Of a stretch of DNA of 40,188 nt, positions 8,160 through 17,520 are shown one piece after another (the first letter of the stretch is position 1; each line of letters begins with the position of its first letter). Source of the stretch: Candidatus Limivicinus sp. GTDB taxonomy: Bacteria > Bacillota > Clostridia > Oscillospirales > Oscillospiraceae. Below the pieces are notes generated by a model. The model saw only the letters and a list, made by a program, of their open reading frames with translations, ran no database searches and had not been told where the DNA came from. The stretch covers positions 1-40,188 of the forward strand of contig JBGUNL010000070.1 in the NCBI GenBank assembly GCA_045117295.1, written 5' to 3'. Both the position numbers and the translations under genes were made by a program.

Positions 8160-8194
8160 ATCATATAATCATTATGGACCAGAGCTTTGAAAAA

Positions 8195-9067
8195 ATGAAC
8201 ATCCAATGGTTCCCCGGACACATGACAAAGGCCCAGCGGATGATCGAGGAAAACATCAAGCTGGTGGACGCGGTGTGTGAGATCCTGGACGCACGCATCC
8301 CCAACGCCAGCCGAAACCCGGATATCGACAAGCTGGCCGGGGACAAGCCGCGGCTCGTCATCCTCAACCGCTGCGATCTGGCGGACCCGGAGATGACGGC
8401 CCGCTGGCGCCGCTTCTTCCAGGAGCAGGGACTTGCTATTTTGGAAACGGATGCGAGATCTGGTCGGGGCGTCAGCGGCTTTGTGCCCGCGGTGCGCGCC
8501 CTGCTGCAGGACAAGCTGAAGGAGTATGAGAGCAAGGGCCAGGTGGGAAGAGGCCTGCGGGTGATGATCCTGGGCATTCCCAATGTGGGCAAATCCACCT
8601 TCATCAACAAGGTGGCGGGCCGCAAGGCCGCTGTCGCAGGGGACAAGCCGGGCGTAACCCGCGGCAAGCAGTGGATCAATATTGACAGAGGCCTGGACCT
8701 CCTGGACACCCCGGGCATCCTCTGGCCGAAGTTTGAAAGCCAGGAGGTGGGGGAGCTGCTGGCCATCACCAACGCCATCAAGGCGGATGTGATCGACAAG
8801 GAGACCCTGGGCGCAAACTTCATGCTGCGCCTGCAGACCTATTACCCGGACGCGCTCCGCGCCCGCTACAAGCTGGAGCCGCAGCCGGGGCTGAACGGCT
8901 TTGAGCTGCTGGAGCTGGCCGCTCAGAAACGCGGCTTTTTGATCTCCAAAGGGGAGTACGATCTGGAGCGCATGGCCAACACCCTGCTCAAGGAATACCA
9001 TGAGGGCAAGCTGGGAAGACTGACATTGGAGACGCCGAACGATGGATTTGTGGCTGCTGGAAAATGA
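8195..9067 (+). CDS. rbgA: ribosome biogenesis GTPase A (YlqF/RbgA), circularly permuted GTPase
   Basis: MNIQWFPGHMxKA N-terminus as in B. subtilis RbgA. G4 NRCD, G1 GIPNVGKST, G3 DTPG in permuted order. The track ORF (8105) has a non-homologous N-terminal extension running into the hairpin array. Confidence 0.92.
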   Translation: MNIQWFPGHMTKAQRMIEENIKLVDAVCEILDARIPNASRNPDIDKLAGDKPRLVILNRCDLADPEMTARWRRFFQEQGLAILETDARSGRGVSGFVPAVRALLQDKLKEYESKGQVGRGLRVMILGIPNVGKSTFINKVAGRKAAVAGDKPGVTRGKQWINIDRGLDLLDTPGILWPKFESQEVGELLAITNAIKADVIDKETLGANFMLRLQTYYPDALRARYKLEPQPGLNGFELLELAAQKRGFLISKGEYDLERMANTLLKEYHEGKLGRLTLETPNDGFVAAGK

Positions 9068-9641
9068 GATCTATGAAGAGGGCTTTCGTCTGCTCTGCGG
9101 TGTGGATGAGGCGGGCCGGGGCCCCCTGGCCGGGCCGGTGTGCGCCGCGGCGGTGATCCTGCCCCGTGGGCTTGCGATCGTGGATCTCAACGATTCCAAG
9201 AAGCTGACGGAGAAAAAGCGGGCAGCGCTCTATCACGTCATCTGCGAAAAAGCCCTGTCCTTCGGGATCGCCTTTGCCTCAGTGGAGGAGATTGAGGAAT
9301 TCAATATCCTCAACGCCACCTTCCTCGCCATGAACCGCGCCCTGGCGCAGCTTGACCCGAGGCCTGAGCTGGCGCTGATCGACGGCAACCGCAATACCGG
9401 CATTCAGACGCCCAGCCGCTGTGTGGTGAAGGGCGACGCCAGGTGCGCCGATATAGCCGCGGCCTCCATCCTGGCCAAGGTGACGCGTGACCGCTATATG
9501 CTGGAGATGGCGGAACAGTATCCGGAGTACCATTTTGAGCAGCACAAGGGCTACGGCACCAGACTGCACTATGAGGCCCTGCGGAAGTACGGCCCTTCAC
9601 CCATCCACCGCATGAGCTTCCTGAAGAAGCTGTACCCATGA
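9042..9641 (+). CDS. rnhB: ribonuclease HII
   Basis: 199 aa. Motifs GVDEAGRGPLAGPV, DSKKL, KGDxxxxxIAAASILAKV and KGYG. It overlaps the rbgA 3' end by 26 nt. Confidence 0.93.
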   Translation: MDLWLLENEIYEEGFRLLCGVDEAGRGPLAGPVCAAAVILPRGLAIVDLNDSKKLTEKKRAALYHVICEKALSFGIAFASVEEIEEFNILNATFLAMNRALAQLDPRPELALIDGNRNTGIQTPSRCVVKGDARCADIAAASILAKVTRDRYMLEMAEQYPEYHFEQHKGYGTRLHYEALRKYGPSPIHRMSFLKKLYP

Positions 9642-10000
9642 ACAGAAAAGAACTGGGAAGCTGGGGCGAGGAGCTGGCGGCCTCCTTCCTCCGGCGAAAG
9701 GGCTATCGGATCCTGGAGCGCAATTACAGCTGCCGCTTCGGAGAGATTGATCTGATCGCGTCCAAGGGCGGATATGTCTGTTTTGTGGAGGTCAAGCTCC
9801 GCAAAAACGCGGACTTTGCCCAAGCGCGGGAATTCGTCACCTACGCCAAGCAAAGGCGTATTCTGACCAGCGCCAGTCTGTGGCTTGCCGCCCACGAATC
9901 GGACCTGCAGCCGCGTTTTGACGTGATCGAGATCTATGCCCCGGAGGGGGAGAGTACCCGCAGGGCGCAGATTCAGCATCTGGAAAACGCGTTTTCATAA
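9638..10000 (+). CDS. yraN: YraN family (UPF0102) PD-(D/E)xK endonuclease-like protein
   Basis: 120 aa. Motifs GEIDLIA and FVEVK. ATGA overlap with the rnhB stop. The rnhB-yraN order is conserved in Firmicutes. Confidence 0.85.
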   Translation: MNRKELGSWGEELAASFLRRKGYRILERNYSCRFGEIDLIASKGGYVCFVEVKLRKNADFAQAREFVTYAKQRRILTSASLWLAAHESDLQPRFDVIEIYAPEGESTRRAQIQHLENAFS

Positions 10001-10007
10001 AAGAAAT

Positions 10008-10029
10008 GCCCGCCGCAATTGCGGCGGGC
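10008..10029. terminator. palindromic (bidirectional) terminator between yraN (+) and the DUF1540 gene (-)
   Basis: Perfect 22-nt palindrome gcccgccgcaattgcggcgggc. The T-rich flank is ATTTCTTTT on the minus strand and GGCTTTGATTT on the plus strand. Confidence 0.6.
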
Positions 10030-10044
10030 GGCTTTGATTTGCTG

Positions 10045-10221
10045 TCAGCAGCTGCCTCTGGGGCAGAAGGTGGAGCAATAGGTCTCTCCCTTGGTGTTGG
10101 CTGCCTCGTTCTGCACGCTGATTCTCTCCGCGCTGCAGCGGCAGTCGACCGTGTTGTACTTGCATGCGCTCACGTCGCAGCCCACGCCGGGATTGCCGCT
10201 TCTGTTTTTCTTTTCCGCCAT
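10045..10221 (-). CDS. small Cys-rich DUF1540 domain protein
   Basis: 58 aa from ATG 10221, with SD GGAGG 8 nt upstream. The pattern GCxVxxCKYNxxxxCxAxxIxV...ETxCxTF is typical of DUF1540. The longer track ORFs (to 10251 and 10267) lack an SD. Confidence 0.7.
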   Translation of the reverse strand: MAEKKNRSGNPGVGCDVSACKYNTVDCRCSAERISVQNEAANTKGETYCSTFCPRGSC

Positions 10222-10293
10222 GCGTATGGCCTCCAATCGTTTTGGTTTCAAGCAGAGTATCTGTCAAACCCTTGTGTTTTATGCGGAGGAATT

Positions 10294-10980
10294 ATGGGAC
10301 TTTATACCATCGGAGATTTGCATCTGTCTCTGGCAAAGGAAAAGCCGATGGACATTTTCGGGGACGCCTGGAAGGACCACGATCAAAAACTCCTGCAGGG
10401 CTTTGCATCCCTGACGGAAGACGATCTGACTGTCCTCTGCGGGGATCTGAGCTGGGGGATGGGTCTGGAGGAAACCGGGCCGGACTTTGCCTTTGTGGAG
10501 AGGCTTCCGGGAAAGAAGATCATTCTCAAGGGAAACCACGATTACTGGTGGACCACGGCGGCAAAGACAAAGCGCTTCTTCGCTGAACACGGGATCGGGA
10601 GCATCGATATTCTCAACAACAATTGCTTTCTCTACGGAGACTACGCACTCTGCGGAACCCGGGGCTGGTTTTACGAGGAGGAGCGCGGCGATGAGCACGA
10701 CAGGAAAATCATGCGCCGGGAGATCATACGTCTGGAGACGTCGCTGAAGGCGGCGGGGGAGAGGGAGAAGCTGGTATTCCTGCATTATCCGCCCATCTAC
10801 CAGAATTATCGATGTGAGGAAATCCTCTCCCTGCTCAAGGAGCACCATGTGCGCCTGTGCTGTTACGGGCACATTCACGGCAAGGGCTGCCGCAGCGCGT
10901 TCAACGGCTGGAGCGACGGGACGCAGTTCAAACTTGTGTCCGCGGATTTTGTGAATTTCACGCCCGTCAGATTGCTGTAA
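10294..10980 (+). CDS. metallophosphoesterase (calcineurin-like phosphoesterase family)
   Basis: 228 aa from ATG 10294 (SD GGAGGA). Motifs GDLHL, GDLSWG, GNHDYWW, HYPP and GHIHG. The 96-aa N-terminal extension in the track ORF is antisense to the DUF1540 gene and has no homology features. Confidence 0.82.
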   Translation: MGLYTIGDLHLSLAKEKPMDIFGDAWKDHDQKLLQGFASLTEDDLTVLCGDLSWGMGLEETGPDFAFVERLPGKKIILKGNHDYWWTTAAKTKRFFAEHGIGSIDILNNNCFLYGDYALCGTRGWFYEEERGDEHDRKIMRREIIRLETSLKAAGEREKLVFLHYPPIYQNYRCEEILSLLKEHHVRLCCYGHIHGKGCRSAFNGWSDGTQFKLVSADFVNFTPVRLL

Positions 10981-11004
10981 GGCGCGAAATTCAAGAAAAA
11001 GTCA

Positions 11005-11033
11005 TTGATTTTAGATGGGATATCTGTTATCAT
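11005..11033 (+). promoter_or_regulatory. sigma-A-type promoter candidate for tig
   Basis: TTGATT (11005-11010), 17-nt spacer, TGT-TATCAT (extended -10, 11025-11033). It is overlapped by the 7-bp inverted repeat GGGATAT-N8-ATATCCC (11017-11038). Confidence 0.5.
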
Positions 11034-11074
11034 ATCCCAGTGCGTGCAGACACATATATAGGAGGAAATCAACC

Positions 11075-12373
11075 ATGCAGTTAAAGAACGTTGAAAAGAA
11101 AGAAAAGAATACCGCTGTTTTTGAAGTCGAGACCGACGCGGCCGAGTTTGAGAAGGCCGTCAACGGCGCCTACCTCAAGAACAGATCTTCCATAAGCATC
11201 CCCGGCTTCCGCAAGGGCAAGGCCCCCCGCGCCGTGATCGAGGGCATGTACGGCCGCGAGGTCTTTTATCAGGACGCGATGGATGAGCTTGCTCCCACCG
11301 CCTATGAGTTTGGCCTGAAGGAGTCCGGCCTCCGTGTCGTCGGCACGCCTTCCGTGAAGGATCTGGACGTCAGCGAAGAGCGTACCGTGTGCTACACCTT
11401 CCAGGTCTCCCTGTATCCCGAGGTCACCCTCGGCCAGTACAAGGGCCTGGAGGCTGTCAAGGGCGTGCCTGCCGTCTCCGACGAAGAGGTCGAGACCGAG
11501 CTCAACGCCACCCGCAAGCGCAACGCCCGCATGATCGACATTGACGACCGCGCCGCGCAGATGGGCGACACCGCCAACATCGACTTCGACGGCTTCCTGG
11601 ACGGCGAGCGCTTCGAGGGCGGCAAGGCCGAGGGCTACTCTCTCGAACTGGGCTCCAACAGCTTTGTTCCCGGCTTTGAGGAGCAGGTCGTCGGCATGAA
11701 GATCGGCGAGGAGAAAGACCTGAACATCACCTTCCCCGCCGAGTATACCCCGGAGCTGGCCGGCAAGGACGTGGTCTTCAAGGTGAAGCTCAACAGCCTG
11801 ACCATGCCGGAGCTGCCCGAGCTGGACGATGAGTTTGCCAAGGACGTGTCCGAGTTCGACACCCTGGACGAGTACAAGGCCGACCTTCGCGCCAAGCTTC
11901 TCAAGGACAAGACCGACAAAGCCAACAACGCTTTCCGGGCCGAAATCCTGCGCCAGGCCGCCGAGAACATCACCGCCGAAATCCCCGAGGTGATGATCGA
12001 TGAAAAGGTGGAGGAGACCCTCCGCAACTACGCCTCTCAGTTCGGCATGAACGACCGCAATGTCTCCCTGCAGGAGCTGAAGAACATGATGGGCATCTCC
12101 GACGAGGTCATGCAGAACAGCATCCGTCCCGGCGCCGAGTTCCAGGTCAAGTCCGATCTGCTGCTCAACGCTGTCATGGAGGCCGAGACTCTTGATGACA
12201 ACGACGAGGCCTTTGCCGCTTACGTGGAGAAGGTCGCCGGCGACGTGGGCGCTACCGTTGAGCAGCTCAAGCAGTACTTCGGCGAGGACTTTATGAAGCA
12301 CGAATTCCGCAAGGAACTGGCCACCAACCTGATCGTTGACAGCGCGGTCACCAAAGCTGCGGAGGAAGAATAA
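11075..12373 (+). CDS. tig: trigger factor (ribosome-associated PPIase chaperone)
   Basis: 432 aa from ATG 11075 (SD GGAGG 9 nt upstream). Ribosome-binding signature GFRKGKAPR, a central FKBP-type domain, and the tig-clpP-clpX-lon gene order. Confidence 0.95.
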   Translation: MQLKNVEKKEKNTAVFEVETDAAEFEKAVNGAYLKNRSSISIPGFRKGKAPRAVIEGMYGREVFYQDAMDELAPTAYEFGLKESGLRVVGTPSVKDLDVSEERTVCYTFQVSLYPEVTLGQYKGLEAVKGVPAVSDEEVETELNATRKRNARMIDIDDRAAQMGDTANIDFDGFLDGERFEGGKAEGYSLELGSNSFVPGFEEQVVGMKIGEEKDLNITFPAEYTPELAGKDVVFKVKLNSLTMPELPELDDEFAKDVSEFDTLDEYKADLRAKLLKDKTDKANNAFRAEILRQAAENITAEIPEVMIDEKVEETLRNYASQFGMNDRNVSLQELKNMMGISDEVMQNSIRPGAEFQVKSDLLLNAVMEAETLDDNDEAFAAYVEKVAGDVGATVEQLKQYFGEDFMKHEFRKELATNLIVDSAVTKAAEEE

Positions 12374-12431
12374 TTTCCCAGGGATAGGGATATGCTCTCT
12401 TGGATGCTGAGCAAAAAAAGGAGAGTTTAAA

Positions 12432-13013
12432 ATGAGTTTGGTACCCTATGTAGTTGAACAGACCAGCCGCGGCGAGCGCTCGTATGACATTTTTTCCCGC
12501 CTGCTGAACGATCGGATCGTCATGCTGTCAGAGGAAGTCAACGACACCACCGCAAGTCTGATCGTGGCCCAGCTCCTCTATCTGGAGGCGCAGGACCCCG
12601 ACAAGGACATCCAGTTTTATATCAACAGCCCCGGCGGCAGTGTTTCCGCGGGTCTTGCGATCTATGACACCATGCAGTACATCAAGCCCGACGTCTCGAC
12701 CATCTGCATCGGCATGGCGGCCTCCATGGGCGCGTTTCTGCTCTCGTCCGGCGCCAAGGGCAAGCGTATCGCGCTGCCCAATGCCGAGATCATGATCCAT
12801 CAGCCCTCCGGCGGCAGCCAGGGCCAGGCGACCGATATTCAGATCCAGGCGGAGCATATTCTCAAGATCAAGAAAAAGCTCAACGCGATCCTGGCAGAGA
12901 ATACGGGCAAGCCGATTGAGACGATTGAAGCCGACTGCGAGCGCGACAACTTCATGTCCGCGGACGAGGCCATGGCCTACGGTCTGATCGACAAGGTCAT
13001 CTACAAGCGCTGA
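12432..13013 (+). CDS. clpP: ATP-dependent Clp protease proteolytic subunit
   Basis: 193 aa. Catalytic triad context GMAASMG (Ser), IMIHQP (His), RDNFMSA (Asp). Strong SD AAGGAGA. Confidence 0.97.
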   Translation: MSLVPYVVEQTSRGERSYDIFSRLLNDRIVMLSEEVNDTTASLIVAQLLYLEAQDPDKDIQFYINSPGGSVSAGLAIYDTMQYIKPDVSTICIGMAASMGAFLLSSGAKGKRIALPNAEIMIHQPSGGSQGQATDIQIQAEHILKIKKKLNAILAENTGKPIETIEADCERDNFMSADEAMAYGLIDKVIYKR

Positions 13014-13022
13014 ACAAGCTGT

Positions 13023-13057
13023 GAAGGGGGAACATGAGCTGTTCCCCCTTCCTTTTC
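13023..13057 (+). terminator. intrinsic terminator / attenuator hairpin between clpP and clpX
   Basis: 11-bp perfect stem gaagggggaac / gttcccccttc, 7-nt loop, followed by CTTTTC. Confidence 0.6.
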
Positions 13058-13102
13058 AAACGGGATGGACCCGTGCCCTTTCATGGGAAAGAAGGAGAAA
13101 CA

Positions 13103-14353
13103 ATGGCAAGGAATGAAGACAGACGGAGCATTCGCTGCTCCTTTTGCGGCAAGCCCCAGTCCCTGGTGGAACGGATGATTGCCGGCAACAACTGCTATAT
13201 CTGCGACGACTGCGTGCGCATGTGCGCCAGCATTGTGGGGGAGGAGACGGGCACCCCGGCCCAGATGACCGGGTACGACGGGCTGCCGCTGGAGTTTGCC
13301 AAGCTGCCCAAGCCCGTGCAGATCAAAGAAAATCTGGATCAATATGTGATCGGGCAGGAGAAGGCCAAGGTCGTCCTGTCGGTCGCTGTCTATAATCATT
13401 ACAAGCGGATCCTCCACGCGGCCAAGGACGATGTGGAGCTGCAGAAGAGCAACATCCTCCTGATCGGCCCCACCGGCAGCGGCAAGACCCTCTTTGCCCA
13501 GACCATGGCCAAGATGCTGGATGTGCCCTTTGCCATCGCCGACGCCACCACTCTGACCGAGGCCGGCTACGTGGGCGAGGATGTGGAGAACGTGATCCTC
13601 AAGCTCCTGCAGGCGGCGGACTTCGACGTGGAGCGCGCCCAGAAGGGCATCATCTACATCGACGAGATCGACAAGATCGCCCGCAAGAGCGAGAACACCT
13701 CCATCACCCGCGACGTCTCCGGCGAGGGCGTGCAGCAGGCGCTGCTCAAGCTCCTGGAGGGCACCATCGCCAACGTCCCGCCCCAGGGCGGGCGCAAGCA
13801 TCCGCACCAGGAGTTCATCCAGGTGGACACCACCAACATCCTCTTCATCTGCGGCGGCGCCTTTGACGGCCTTGACAAGATCATCGAAAAGCGCACCGAC
13901 AAGAAGACCATGGGCTTCGGAGCGGAGATCACCTCCAAAAGCGAGCGCGACGTGGGCAAGATCATGGCCCAGGTCCAGCAGCACGATTTGCTGCAGTTCG
14001 GCATTATTCCCGAGCTCATCGGCAGACTGCCCGTGGTGGCCACGCTGGAGAGCCTCAACCGGGAGGATCTGGTCCGCATCCTGACCGAGCCGAAAAACTC
14101 CATGACCCGCCAGTATCAGGCCCTCATGTCCTACGACGGGGTGGAGCTGGTCTACGAACCGGAGGCGCTGGAGGCCATTGCCGACAAGGCGATCAACATG
14201 AAGATCGGCGCCAGAGGCCTGCGCAGCGTGATCGAGGGCGTCATGACCGATATCATGTTCATGGTCCCCTCCGACAAAACCGCAAAGAAAGTGATCGTCA
14301 CCGCGGAGTGCGTGCGGGAGGGCACACGCCCCACCGTGGAGCACGCCAAGTGA
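13103..14353 (+). CDS. clpX: ATP-dependent Clp protease ATP-binding subunit ClpX
   Basis: 416 aa from ATG 13103 (SD AAGGAG). N-terminal zinc finger CSFCGK...CDDC, Walker A GPTGSGKT, Walker B IIYIDEID. Confidence 0.97.
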   Translation: MARNEDRRSIRCSFCGKPQSLVERMIAGNNCYICDDCVRMCASIVGEETGTPAQMTGYDGLPLEFAKLPKPVQIKENLDQYVIGQEKAKVVLSVAVYNHYKRILHAAKDDVELQKSNILLIGPTGSGKTLFAQTMAKMLDVPFAIADATTLTEAGYVGEDVENVILKLLQAADFDVERAQKGIIYIDEIDKIARKSENTSITRDVSGEGVQQALLKLLEGTIANVPPQGGRKHPHQEFIQVDTTNILFICGGAFDGLDKIIEKRTDKKTMGFGAEITSKSERDVGKIMAQVQQHDLLQFGIIPELIGRLPVVATLESLNREDLVRILTEPKNSMTRQYQALMSYDGVELVYEPEALEAIADKAINMKIGARGLRSVIEGVMTDIMFMVPSDKTAKKVIVTAECVREGTRPTVEHAK

Positions 14354-14383
14354 CAGAGCCGACTCCGGAAAGGAGAGTACGAT

Positions 14384-16771
14384 ATGCCCGCAACAATCAA
14401 AGAAATGGATAAGCTGCCGCTGCTGGCCCTGCGTGGGCTGCACGTTTTCCCCGGGATGCTTCTGACCTTTGACGTGGAGCGCCCCGCGTCCATCGCGGCG
14501 CTGAATGCCGCGGTGCGCTGCGATCAGATGATATTCCTCTCGGCCCAGAAGGATCTGACCGCCGATATGCCCCAGGAGAACGACATCTACTCCGTCGGCA
14601 CGGTCTGCCGCATCAAGCAGCAGCTCCGTCAGCCCCGGGGCAACCTCTGCCGCGTGATGGTGGAGGGACTCTACCGGGCAAAGGCGGAGAGCATGCAGTG
14701 CGATCCCAAGTGCTACTACGCCTGGGTGGAGCGCATGGAGGACCGGAAGGAGCGCGTCAGCGCTGACCGGATGGAAGCGCTGCTGCGCAGCGTGCTGGGC
14801 CAGTTTGAGGAATATGTGCGCTTCAACAGCGACATGATCAACGAGCAGATTCTCAACGTGCTGGCAAACCCGGAACCTGCCTATGTGGCAAACTACATTG
14901 CACAAAATGTGCATTTCAGCATCGAGGACCGCCAGGAGTTGCTGGAGGAGCGCTCTCCCAGCCGCAGGATGATGCTGCTCAACCGCCTGCTCTCCCGGGA
15001 ACTGAACGTGCTCAACCTGGAAAAGGAGCTCAACGACGCGACGCAGGAGGCCATGAACCGCAGCCAGCGGGATTACTACCTGCGCGAGGAGATGAAGATC
15101 ATCCAGTCCGAGCTGGGCGAGGATGACGATGTGGAGATCTACCGCGGCAAGATCAACGCCCTGCCGGTCTCGGACGAGATCCGGGATAAGCTGCTCAAGG
15201 AGCTGGGCCGTCTCGCCAAGCAGCCCTTCGGCTCCTCGGAAGCCGCGGTCATCCGGGGGTATCTGGATACCTGCCTGGAGATCCCCTGGGGCGTCACCAC
15301 CAAGGAGACGCTGAATCTGGCTAAGGCCCGCAAAAAGCTGGATGAGGACCATTTCGGCCTTGAAAAAGTCAAGGAGCGGATCCTGGAGTATCTCGCCGTC
15401 AAGCAGCTGAGCCCCGAGATCAAGGGTGGGCTGCTCTGCCTGGTAGGCCCTCCGGGAACCGGAAAAACCAGCATCGCCCAGAGCATCGCAGCCGTCACCA
15501 ACCGCAAGCTGGTGCGTCTGTCGCTCGGCGGCGTCCATGACGAGGCGGAGATCCGCGGTCACAGGCGCACCTACATCGGCTCCATGCCCGGCCGCATCAT
15601 CAGCGGCATCATCCAGGCGGGCTCCTGTAACCCGCTGATGGTGCTGGATGAGATCGACAAGCTGGGCTCCGACTACCGGGGCGACCCCTCCGCGGCACTG
15701 CTGGAGGCGCTGGACGGGGAGCAGAACGGCACCTTCCGGGATCACTTCCTGGAGCTGCCCTTTGACCTCTCCCGGGTCTTTTTCATCACCACAGCCAACA
15801 CCACCTCCACCATTCCCCGCGCGCTGCTGGACCGCATGGAGGTCATTGAGCTCTCCAGCTACACCGATGAGGAAAAGCTGCAGATCGCAAAGCGGCACCT
15901 GATCCCCAAGCAGAAGAAAAAGCACGGGCTCAAGGGCGCACAGCTGCGCTTTACGGACGGGGCGATCCGCCAGATCATCTCCGGCTATACCCGGGAATCC
16001 GGCGTCCGCAACCTGGAGCGCGAGCTGGCCAATGTCTGCCGCAAGGCTGCCACCGGCGTGGCCGAGGGTACATACAAGGGGCTGATCGTCCGCACCGATA
16101 ACGTGGCGGAGCTGCTGGGACCGGTGAAGTTCAAGCCGGACACCTTGCGCCTGCACGACGAGATCGGCCTTGTCCGCGGCCTTGCCTATACCAGCGTGGG
16201 CGGCGAGGTTCTGGACGTGGAGGTCTCCGTGGTGGCGGGCACCGGCAAAGTGGAACTGACCGGCAATCTGGGCGACGTGATGAAGGAATCCGCCCGGGCG
16301 GCGGTGACCTATATCCGCAGCCGTGCCGGCCTGCTGGGCATCGACCCCGATTTCTACAAGAACAAGGATATCCACATTCATTTCCCCGAGGGTGCCGTGC
16401 CGAAGGATGGTCCCTCCGCCGGCATCACCATGACGGTGGCGCTGATCTCCGCTCTCACCGGCACTCCGGTGCGGCGGGACGTGGCCATGACCGGCGAGGT
16501 GACGCTCCGCGGCAGGGTGCTGCCCATCGGAGGTCTGCGGGAAAAGACCATGGGCGCGCTGCGCGCCGGGGTCAAGACCGTCATCATCCCCTCCGACAAT
16601 CTGCCGGATCTGGAGAATATCGACCAGGCCGTCCGTCGTCAGCTCAGCTTCAAAACCGCGGAGAACGTGGACGACATCCTGGACTTTGTCCTGGTGGGCC
16701 GGGGCGGTGAGGCGCTGCCCGTGCCCGCGCTCCCGGTCGCAAGCCCCGAGCGGCACGCCGTCCGGCAGTAG
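14384..16771 (+). CDS. lon: Lon protease (LonA type)
   Basis: 795 aa. N-terminal LON domain, Walker [10 protein letters not shown], Walker [10 protein letters not shown], catalytic Ser in [11 protein letters not shown]. Confidence 0.96.
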   Translation: MPATIKEMDKLPLLALRGLHVFPGMLLTFDVERPASIAALNAAVRCDQMIFLSAQKDLTADMPQENDIYSVGTVCRIKQQLRQPRGNLCRVMVEGLYRAKAESMQCDPKCYYAWVERMEDRKERVSADRMEALLRSVLGQFEEYVRFNSDMINEQILNVLANPEPAYVANYIAQNVHFSIEDRQELLEERSPSRRMMLLNRLLSRELNVLNLEKELNDATQEAMNRSQRDYYLREEMKIIQSELGEDDDVEIYRGKINALPVSDEIRDKLLKELGRLAKQPFGSSEAAVIRGYLDTCLEIPWGVTTKETLNLAKARKKLDEDHFGLEKVKERILEYLAVKQLSPEIKGGLLCLVGPPGTGKTSIAQSIAAVTNRKLVRLSLGGVHDEAEIRGHRRTYIGSMPGRIISGIIQAGSCNPLMVLDEIDKLGSDYRGDPSAALLEALDGEQNGTFRDHFLELPFDLSRVFFITTANTTSTIPRALLDRMEVIELSSYTDEEKLQIAKRHLIPKQKKKHGLKGAQLRFTDGAIRQIISGYTRESGVRNLERELANVCRKAATGVAEGTYKGLIVRTDNVAELLGPVKFKPDTLRLHDEIGLVRGLAYTSVGGEVLDVEVSVVAGTGKVELTGNLGDVMKESARAAVTYIRSRAGLLGIDPDFYKNKDIHIHFPEGAVPKDGPSAGITMTVALISALTGTPVRRDVAMTGEVTLRGRVLPIGGLREKTMGALRAGVKTVIIPSDNLPDLENIDQAVRRQLSFKTAENVDDILDFVLVGRGGEALPVPALPVASPERHAVRQ

Positions 16772-16777
16772 GTGCGT

Positions 16778-17365
16778 ATGAAAGCGCTGAATGTCAACAA
16801 GGCGGAGTTTGTCAAATCCGCCGCCGCACCCTCACAGTTTATCAACAGCAGCGTCCCCGCCGTTGCCTTTGCGGGCAAATCCAATGTGGGCAAGTCCTCG
16901 GTCATCAACCGGCTCTTAAACCGCAAAAACTTTGCCCGCGTCGGCGCAGAGCCGGGGAAGACCGTCCATGTCAATTACTTCCTGATTGACGGTCGCGTCT
17001 ACCTGATCGACCTCCCTGGATACGGCTACGCCAAGGTCTCCCAGGCGGAAAAGGAACGCTGGGGAAAGCTGATGGAGGATTTCTTTGCCGCGGTGCTTTT
17101 TTCCCTGGGCGTCATGATCGTCGACGCGCGGCACAAGCCCACCGCGGACGACGTGACTATGGCCCGGTGGTTCCAAAACAGCGGCTGCCGTCTGGTGGTG
17201 GTGGCCAACAAGCTGGACAAGCTGAAGAAGAGCGAGATCGAGCCGAACCTCTCCCGCATCCGGGAGACGCTGGATCTTTCGGAGGATGTGCTGCTGATTC
17301 CCTTCTCGGCCGAGAAAGGACAGGGCAGGGAACAGCTTCTGGCGGAGATCCAGGCGCTGTGCTGA
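16778..17365 (+). CDS. engB: ribosome biogenesis GTP-binding protein YsxC/EngB
   Basis: G1 motif GKSNVGKSS, DLPGYG, NKLDK. It aligns from MKALNV... with B. subtilis YsxC. The lon-ysxC order is conserved. GTG 16772 is an alternative start. Confidence 0.9.
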   Translation: MKALNVNKAEFVKSAAAPSQFINSSVPAVAFAGKSNVGKSSVINRLLNRKNFARVGAEPGKTVHVNYFLIDGRVYLIDLPGYGYAKVSQAEKERWGKLMEDFFAAVLFSLGVMIVDARHKPTADDVTMARWFQNSGCRLVVVANKLDKLKKSEIEPNLSRIRETLDLSEDVLLIPFSAEKGQGREQLLAEIQALC

Positions 17366-17402
17366 ACGGGCAAATTCTCTTTTGTTTTTTCACCGGCGAC
17401 AC

Positions 17403-17431
17403 TTGTATTTCGTGGCCTGATTTGTTAGAAT
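17403..17431 (+). promoter_or_regulatory. sigma-A-type promoter candidate for the M50 protease-scpAB operon
   Basis: TTGTAT (17403-17408), 17-nt spacer, TGT-TAGAAT (extended -10, 17423-17431). Confidence 0.5.
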
Positions 17432-17520
17432 GACACTGTCTTGGGGGTGAGTTTATCAGCGATCTGCAGACCATTTGGGATGGCTTTGATTTCAGCTATC
17501 TGCTGGGTATCCTGCAGTCT

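Noticed and set aside
8164-8169. A TATAAT hexamer just upstream of rbgA as a possible internal promoter
   Set aside because: There is no acceptable -35 at 16-18 nt (atgctt) and no TG extension. A single hexamer match in an AT-rich spacer is not enough.
7987-8190. A 67-aa basic ORF (MAKSIGNTIDF...) starting right after lepB
   Set aside because: It runs exactly through the palindrome array, so its openness is a by-product of the inverted repeats. It has no SD before ATG 7987 and no recognisable protein features. The region is better explained as structured nucleic acid.
10006-10293. A long N-terminal extension of the metallophosphoesterase ORF
   Set aside because: The extension is Ala/Gly-rich with no homology features, starts inside the yraN terminator palindrome, and lies antisense to a better-supported DUF1540 gene. 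ATG 10294 is preceded by GGAGGA and begins the conserved GDLHL motif.
10981-14383. Heat-shock operators (CtsR direct repeat, CIRCE) upstream of tig, clpP, clpX and lon
   Set aside because: Neither the GGTCAAA-N3-GGTCAAA nor the TTAGCACTC-N9-GAGTGCTAA pattern is found in these intergenic regions.
13001-16756. A 1251-aa ORF on the minus strand spanning all of clpX and lon
   Set aside because: It is a shadow ORF. Its codon phase (position mod 3 = 2) is identical to that of clpX (13103) and lon (14384). It stays open simply because these genes contain no TTA, CTA or TCA codons, whose complements are stops. Its translation is low-complexity and Gly/Ala/Asp/His-rich with no motifs, whereas the plus-strand products carry unmistakable ClpX and Lon motifs.
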